Origin: an uncultured delta proteobacterium
GTDB taxonomy: Bacteria > Myxococcota > Myxococcia > Myxococcales > Myxococcaceae
Assembly: GCA_963713045.1 (NCBI GenBank)
Contig: CAVQKE010000003.1
Coordinates: 800,001-864,000, forward strand
Direction of reading: 5' to 3'
DNA length: 64,000 nt
Of this stretch, positions 58,728-64,000 are shown piece by piece. Positions within the stretch are counted from its first letter, which is position 1; the number at the start of each line of letters is the position of its first letter. The notes beneath the pieces are model-generated. The model ran no database searches. It was not told where the DNA came from and saw nothing but the letters and a program-made list of their open reading frames with translations. The translations under genes were made by a program, and so were the position numbers.

Positions 58728-59168
58728 ATGGCGATGAGCGGAGGGCGCGGCGCTCCAGGCCGCACCACGATGAGCGAAATCAACGTCACGCCGATGGTGG
58801 ACGTGATGCTGGTCCTGTTGGTCATCTTCATGGTCACCGCACCGCTCATCCAACAGGGAGTTAAGGTCAATCTCCCCGACGCACGAGCTCAGCCGGTGGA
58901 GGCCACCGAGAAACGCCTGGTGCTCAGCGTGGACCGCGAGGGCCACACCTACATCGGCGACACCCAAGTCCCGCCCGACCAGCTCGAGGAGAAGCTTCGG
59001 GCCAACGCCAAAGCCCAGACGGACCGGGAGATTTACCTTCACGCCGACCGAGATGTTCCCTACGGGGCTGTGGTGGAGGTGATGGCTGCCGCCCAGCGCG
59101 CTGGCATCCCCTCGGTGGGGATGATTACTGACCCCGCCGGCGCTCCCAGGAAGAAGGACCGACGCTAG
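58728..59168 (+). CDS. tolR: TolR (ExbD family)
   Basis: SEINVTPMVDVMLVLLVIFMVTAP, ADRDVPYG. Confidence 0.93.
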   Translation: MAMSGGRGAPGRTTMSEINVTPMVDVMLVLLVIFMVTAPLIQQGVKVNLPDARAQPVEATEKRLVLSVDREGHTYIGDTQVPPDQLEEKLRANAKAQTDREIYLHADRDVPYGAVVEVMAAAQRAGIPSVGMITDPAGAPRKKDRR

Positions 59169-59172
59169 GTGG

Positions 59173-59937
59173 TTGCCGTACGCGGAAACGGATGACGTGA
59201 GCGCAGCCGCCCGGAACAGTCTTCTCACCACCCCACCCCTACCCCTGGGACGCTTCCTCGTGCCCTCGCTGCTGGTGCACGCCCTCCTCTTCGGGTTGGT
59301 GCTCGGCTATGGCGCCCTGACGGCTCGTCCCATGCTGGACCTTGACCAGAAGCCAATTCATGCGACGCTGGTGAGGCAGGGCACGCCCCGGGACGAGAAG
59401 CTGCTGCCGCGAATCGAGGAGACACCTCCACCGCCCAAGGAACAGGCGCCTCCTCCCGCGCCTGCCCCGGTTGTTGTCCCGCCCCCCACTCCCGCAGCCG
59501 CTCCAGCCAAGCGCGCCAGCCCAGGCCAGAAGACCGGCGATGACCGACAGAAGCTGCTCGGCGCCTTCGACCAACTGAGTAAGTCCAAGCGGACCCCGGA
59601 AACCTCCGGTGCCGTGGACGGCGACGTCTCCGGTGACTCCTCGGAGTCCGAGGGCGAGCGCTACTACGGGCAGCTCAGCGTTCAGGTGAAGCGCTTTTAT
59701 GACGTTTCGGAAACCATCCCCGACCAGGAGCGGATTCGCCTCGTCGCCCAGGTGGCCCTCTTCATCGACCCGAGCGGTCAACTGGCGCGCTTCCGCCTGG
59801 TGAAATCCAGCGGGAATGACCTCTTCGACGGTGCCGTGCTGGACGCCGTCAAGCGCGCGGCACCCTTTGCGCCACCCCCAGGCCATCTTCGCAACGCGCT
59901 GCACAAATACGGAATCGTGCTCCAGTTCCGGCCCTGA
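59173..59937 (+). CDS. tolA: TolA/TonB-type energy transducer
   Basis: TM with SxxxH (SLLVH), Pro-rich stalk, C-terminal KSSGNDLFD.AV..AVKRA.PF.PPP; start 59173 or 59197. Confidence 0.82.
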   Translation: MPYAETDDVSAAARNSLLTTPPLPLGRFLVPSLLVHALLFGLVLGYGALTARPMLDLDQKPIHATLVRQGTPRDEKLLPRIEETPPPPKEQAPPPAPAPVVVPPPTPAAAPAKRASPGQKTGDDRQKLLGAFDQLSKSKRTPETSGAVDGDVSGDSSESEGERYYGQLSVQVKRFYDVSETIPDQERIRLVAQVALFIDPSGQLARFRLVKSSGNDLFDGAVLDAVKRAAPFAPPPGHLRNALHKYGIVLQFRP

Positions 59938-59942
59938 AGGAG

Positions 59943-61247
59943 ATGCCCGTGCAGCCGACCCGACTCGCCCGTTGCCTCCTCCTCGCCTGCAGCCTGCTGG
60001 CCAGCCGTGGGTTCGCGCAGGCGCCACTGTTGGAGATTTCGGGGGCCAATTTCCGCCCCTTGCCCATCGCCATCCCCTCGCCCCAGGCCCTATCGGACGA
60101 GGCGCGTCCGGCGGCTGCCGCCTTCGACGAGGCCTTCCTGTTTGACGCAGCCGCCGCAAGCATTTTTCAAGTGCTCGACCGGAAGAGCTTTCTGGCCGAC
60201 GCCAAAGAAGGGTTTACCGGGGCCAGCATCACCTTCTCCCGCTGGGCGGACGTCGGCGCCGAAGCGCTGGTGAAAATCCAGCTGGCCGTGGACGGCACCA
60301 GCCTCCGCGGCGAGATGCGCCTGTTCAGCGTCGCTTCGGGCAAAGAGGAACTGCGCCTGGTGCACGTCGTTCCCTTGAATGAGCCAAGAAAGCTGGCCCA
60401 TTTCTTTGCCGATGCACTCTACCGCCAGTACACCCGCGAGCCTGGCGTCTTCCAGACGCACCTCGCCTTCGTTCACCGAGTGGGCAAAAACCGCGAAGTC
60501 TGGCTGTCGGATTGGGACGGCCGCGACGCGGTCGTCATCGCCAAGGACGGACTCAATGTGCTTCCGGCTGTGGCTCCGGGGGGCACTGGGGTGGCTTTCA
60601 CCAGCTACCGCAGCGGAAAGCCGGACTTGTATTTGGAGCGTCCAGGCGCACCGCCGGTGACGCTGGTTTCGGCTGGCCAAATGGCGACCGGCGTCGCCTA
60701 TTCCCCGGACGGCAAGCACATCGCCTACAGCTTGGCGCAGGGAGACGGCACCAACATCTGGCAGGCCAATGCCGACGGGTCGAGCCCACACCCGGTCACC
60801 GAGACGTCCTACTTCATCAACAGCAGCCCCAGCTGGGCGCCGGACGGAAAGCGGCTGGCCATCGTCAGTACCCGGGCCGGAAGCCCCCAGCTGTACGTCC
60901 TGAGCCTGGACAATCCGAGGGAGCCGCGCCGCATCACCTTCCAAGGCAACTACAACCAGACGCCGAGTTGGTCGCCGCGGGGCGACCTCATCGCATTTAC
61001 CGCACGCGATGAACGCAATGCGTTTGACCTCTTCACCGTCAACGTCGACACCGGCAAGGTGACGCGTCTCACCCAGGACCAAGGGAACAACTCCGAACCC
61101 TCCTTCTCACCCAACGGGCGGTTGATGGTCTTCACCAGCACGCGCAACGGTCTCCCACAGCTGTTCGTGATGACAGCCGACGGCAAAAACCAAATGCCCC
61201 TCCCCATGGAGCGCGGAGAATTCGACACCGCCGACTGGGGGCAATGA
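59943..61247 (+). CDS. tolB: TolB
   Basis: Signal peptide, TolB_N (PIAIP...), PD40 repeats (YSPDG, PSWAPDG, PSWSPRG, PSFSPNG). Confidence 0.92.
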   Translation: MPVQPTRLARCLLLACSLLASRGFAQAPLLEISGANFRPLPIAIPSPQALSDEARPAAAAFDEAFLFDAAAASIFQVLDRKSFLADAKEGFTGASITFSRWADVGAEALVKIQLAVDGTSLRGEMRLFSVASGKEELRLVHVVPLNEPRKLAHFFADALYRQYTREPGVFQTHLAFVHRVGKNREVWLSDWDGRDAVVIAKDGLNVLPAVAPGGTGVAFTSYRSGKPDLYLERPGAPPVTLVSAGQMATGVAYSPDGKHIAYSLAQGDGTNIWQANADGSSPHPVTETSYFINSSPSWAPDGKRLAIVSTRAGSPQLYVLSLDNPREPRRITFQGNYNQTPSWSPRGDLIAFTARDERNAFDLFTVNVDTGKVTRLTQDQGNNSEPSFSPNGRLMVFTSTRNGLPQLFVMTADGKNQMPLPMERGEFDTADWGQ

Positions 61248-62905
61248 CCATGTCCAGCTTGCGTCCCATCCAGGAAGTTGCTGCGCGACTGGGCCTGAAG
61301 TCGGAACACGTGCTCCCCTGGGGGCGGCACCGGGCGAAAGTCGAGCTGGCCGCCTTCGAGGGACGTCCTTCCCGCGGACGCCTGGTGCTGGTCTCCGCCA
61401 TCACCCCGACGCCGCCCGGCGAGGGCAAGACGACCACCTCGGTGGCCCTGGCGATGGGCCTCTGCCGGCGGGGGCGCAACGCCGTGCCCGCCCTTCGAGA
61501 GCCCTCCCTCGGACCGGTATTCGGCGTGAAAGGCGGGGGAACGGGAGGTGGGGCCGCCACCCTCGAGCCGGCTCAGGACATCAACCTTCACTTCACCGGC
61601 GACATGCATGCGCTGGGCGCGGCGAACAACCTCCTCGCCGCATTGGTGGACAACGCGCTGCACTTTAAGCACCCGGTGGAACTCGACCCCCGCGGTGTGC
61701 GGTGGCGCCGCTGCTTGGACATCAACGACCGGTCGCTGCGTGAGATTGTCACCGGACTCGGTGGTCGGGCCAATGGCGTGGTGCGGGAGACCGGCTTTGA
61801 CATCACCGCGGCCAGCGAGATGATGGCCATCCTCGCGCTGGCGGAGAGTCCAAAGGACCTCGAGGCGCGCTGTGCCCGCGTCGTCATCGGCCAGTCGTCG
61901 AGTGGCGAGCCCGTGACCGCGGGCCAGTTGAAGGCGTCCAGCGCCATGGCGGCGCTCCTGCAAGACGCGCTGTTGCCCAACCTGGTGCAGACGCGCGAAG
62001 GCGGCCCAGCCCTCGTCCACGCTGGACCCTTCGCCAACATCGCCCACGGTTGCTCCAGCGTCCTCGGGACCCGCCTCGGGCTGGCCTACGCCGATGAAGT
62101 CATCACCGAGGCCGGCTTCGGCTTCGAGTTGGGGGGAGAGAAATTCCTGGACATCACCTGCCGCTCGGCCGGGCTGTGGCCGCGGGGGGTGACGCTGGTC
62201 GCAACCCTCCGCGCGTTGAAATTTCACGGGGGTGCGCCCTTGGCGCGCGTCGCCGAACCGGACCCGGAGGCACTGGAACGCGGTTTTGAGAACCTGGCAA
62301 AGCACCTCGAGACGGTCGCCGCCTTCGGCCTACCTGCGGTGGTGGCCGTCAACCGGTTTCCGCAGGACACAGAGTCCGAGCTCCAACAGCTGAGGGCTTG
62401 GGGCCGGGCGGCCGGAGTCCCGGTGGCAGTCAGCGAGGGCTTCGCCAAGGGCGGCGAGGGCGCGCTGGAGCTGGCCGACGCGGTCTTGGCAATGCTCGAC
62501 AGCACCGACAAGCATCCTCGCGCGCCGCGCTTCCTCTACCGGTTCGACGCCCCCCTCAAAGACAAGGTTCGCGCCGTGGCGCAGGTTGCCTACGGCGCTC
62601 ACGACGTCGTCTTCACCGCTGGTGCGGAGCGCGACTTGGCCCAGGTTGAGAAGCTGGGCGGAGGCCGCCTGCCCATCTGCATCGCGAAGACGCAATTGTC
62701 GCTGTCGGACGACCCCAGTCGCGCCGGACGCCCGCGGGACTTTCTGGTGACTGTGCGCGAGCTCCGCCTCTCCGCGGGCGCCGGGTTCGTCGTCGCACTG
62801 ACCGGAGAAATTCTCACCCTCCCGGGACTCCCCAAGGAGCCGGCGGCGGCTCGGGTGGTGGTCCATCCCGACGGCCGGGTCACCGGCCTGATGCAGGGGG
62901 AATGA
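61244..62905 (+). CDS. fhs: Formate--tetrahydrofolate ligase
   Basis: TPTPPGEGKTTT, ALREPSLGP.FGVKGG, INLHFTGD, GPFANIAHG, TEAGFG, ICIAKTQ.S.SDD. Confidence 0.96.
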   Translation: MTMSSLRPIQEVAARLGLKSEHVLPWGRHRAKVELAAFEGRPSRGRLVLVSAITPTPPGEGKTTTSVALAMGLCRRGRNAVPALREPSLGPVFGVKGGGTGGGAATLEPAQDINLHFTGDMHALGAANNLLAALVDNALHFKHPVELDPRGVRWRRCLDINDRSLREIVTGLGGRANGVVRETGFDITAASEMMAILALAESPKDLEARCARVVIGQSSSGEPVTAGQLKASSAMAALLQDALLPNLVQTREGGPALVHAGPFANIAHGCSSVLGTRLGLAYADEVITEAGFGFELGGEKFLDITCRSAGLWPRGVTLVATLRALKFHGGAPLARVAEPDPEALERGFENLAKHLETVAAFGLPAVVAVNRFPQDTESELQQLRAWGRAAGVPVAVSEGFAKGGEGALELADAVLAMLDSTDKHPRAPRFLYRFDAPLKDKVRAVAQVAYGAHDVVFTAGAERDLAQVEKLGGGRLPICIAKTQLSLSDDPSRAGRPRDFLVTVRELRLSAGAGFVVALTGEILTLPGLPKEPAAARVVVHPDGRVTGLMQGE

Positions 62906-62965
62906 CTCCCCGTCGAAGCCAAGGGCTCGACTGTGCTGGTCAGCGTGTGGCATGGGGACAAAGGA

Positions 62966-63427
62966 ATGAGCCGCCCCGAGCAACTCAGCGTCCGCCCGGC
63001 GCGGCCTGAAGACGCCGAGGGCCTGGCCGGGCTGTTCGGCCGCCTCGGCTATGTGACCACCGGGGCAGTGGTGGCCGCACAGTTTCAGCACTACCGCCAA
63101 GGCACGTCATTCCATGCCTTGAGCGCCGAGCACCACCCGGCCGTGGGCCCTCCTCGACTGGTCGGCGCGGCGACGGTGAGCATCCAGCAGCGGCTTTATG
63201 CGGCCAGGCCGGTGGCTCAGCTGACGGCGCTGGTGACCGACGCCGACGCGCGACAGCTGGGCGTGGGCCGGGCGTTGGTCAAGGCCGCCGCTGAGCTGGC
63301 ACGCACCGCCCACTGTGAACGTCTCTTCGTCCGCAGCGACCGTCGCCGCACCGAGTCCCACGACTTCTACCGGATGCTGGGCTTCGACGAGGTCAACCTC
63401 ACCTTCGACTTGCCGCTGGACCCATGA
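62966..63427 (+). CDS. GNAT acetyltransferase
   Basis: VRPARPED, LVTDADARQLGVGRAL (motif A), FYRMLGF. Confidence 0.85.
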   Translation: MSRPEQLSVRPARPEDAEGLAGLFGRLGYVTTGAVVAAQFQHYRQGTSFHALSAEHHPAVGPPRLVGAATVSIQQRLYAARPVAQLTALVTDADARQLGVGRALVKAAAELARTAHCERLFVRSDRRRTESHDFYRMLGFDEVNLTFDLPLDP

Positions 63428-64000
63428 AATCCGCCGCCCCTTCGCTGCCTGCCCCATCATCGCTGGCCAGCGCCTGGACGCTCGACCCAAGGGTGGTTTA
63501 CCTGAACCACGGCAGTTTCGGCGCAACGCCGCGCAGCGTCCTTTCTCACCAGGCTGACCTGCGTCAGCGGCTGGAGCAGGAGCCCGTCCTCTTCCTCGAC
63601 CGCTCCCTCGAAGGGCAGCTGGACGGCGTCCGGGCGACACTCGGCGCCTTCCTCCACGCCCATCCCGACGACTTGGCCCAGGTGCCCAACGCCACCAGCG
63701 GCGTCAACACGGTGGTCCGTTCGCTGGACTTCGGCCCAGGCGATGAGTTGCTCACCACCAATCACGCCTACAACGCTTGCGCCAATGCGCTGCGCTACGT
63801 CGCCGCCCGGACCGGCGCCCGGGTGGTGACGGCCAGCGTGGCCTTCCCCCTGGACGGTCCCGAGGCGGTGGTCGAGGCAGTGATGGCGGCCGTCACTCCT
63901 CGCACCCGGTTGGCGCTTCTGGACCACGTCACCAGTCAAACTGGCTTGGTCTTTCCGGTCGAGCGCCTCGTCCCACTTCTCCAAGACCGAGGGGTGGATG
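63424..64000 (+). CDS. Class V PLP-dependent aminotransferase/C-S lyase (isopenicillin N epimerase-like), partial
   Basis: Absent from the ORF track (no stop in window). ATG 63424 gives MKSAAP...YLNHGSFGATP...VPNATSGVN...TNHAYNAC...LDHVTSQTGLVFPV. Confidence 0.85.
   Translation, partial: MKSAAPSLPAPSSLASAWTLDPRVVYLNHGSFGATPRSVLSHQADLRQRLEQEPVLFLDRSLEGQLDGVRATLGAFLHAHPDDLAQVPNATSGVNTVVRSLDFGPGDELLTTNHAYNACANALRYVAARTGARVVTASVAFPLDGPEAVVEAVMAAVTPRTRLALLDHVTSQTGLVFPVERLVPLLQDRGVD

Overview
Very GC-rich, gene-dense chromosomal window. Gene content (GYF/AgmX-type motility protein, Pkn-type kinase, FYDLN protein, myxobacterial-style lipoproteins) points to a myxobacterium (Myxococcota); this is an inference from gene content only. 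Left to right: a moxR-DUF58-batA/B/C-type operon; MscS and a stand-alone Fis-type HTH; a metallophosphoesterase-like/tetraheme cytochrome c fusion; MltD; two tandem M1 aminopeptidases; a minus-strand run of pspA, an orphan solute-binding protein, a TM/coiled-coil protein, enoyl-CoA hydratase, a Ser/Thr kinase and a classical-clade AAA ATPase; a nucleoside catabolism cluster (deoC, PGM2-type mutase, two beta-barrels, deoA/pdp, PNP, cdd); rnhA-rnpB-ftsY; GT2, ctpA, envC-ftsX-ftsE; mobA/slipin/fdhD; murI; tolQRAB-fhs; GNAT; and a partial class V aminotransferase. Two genes (moxR and the cytochrome) are split by single-base frameshifts, most likely assembly errors. I saw no transposase, integrase, prophage, tRNA, rRNA or CRISPR array. 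The best candidates for something undescribed are the PspA (ESCRT-III-like) module with its neighbouring AAA ATPase, the deoB-less nucleoside cluster with embedded outer-membrane barrels, and a structured intergenic element near 41.85-41.95 kb. All family calls come from motif recognition by eye; no database searches were run.
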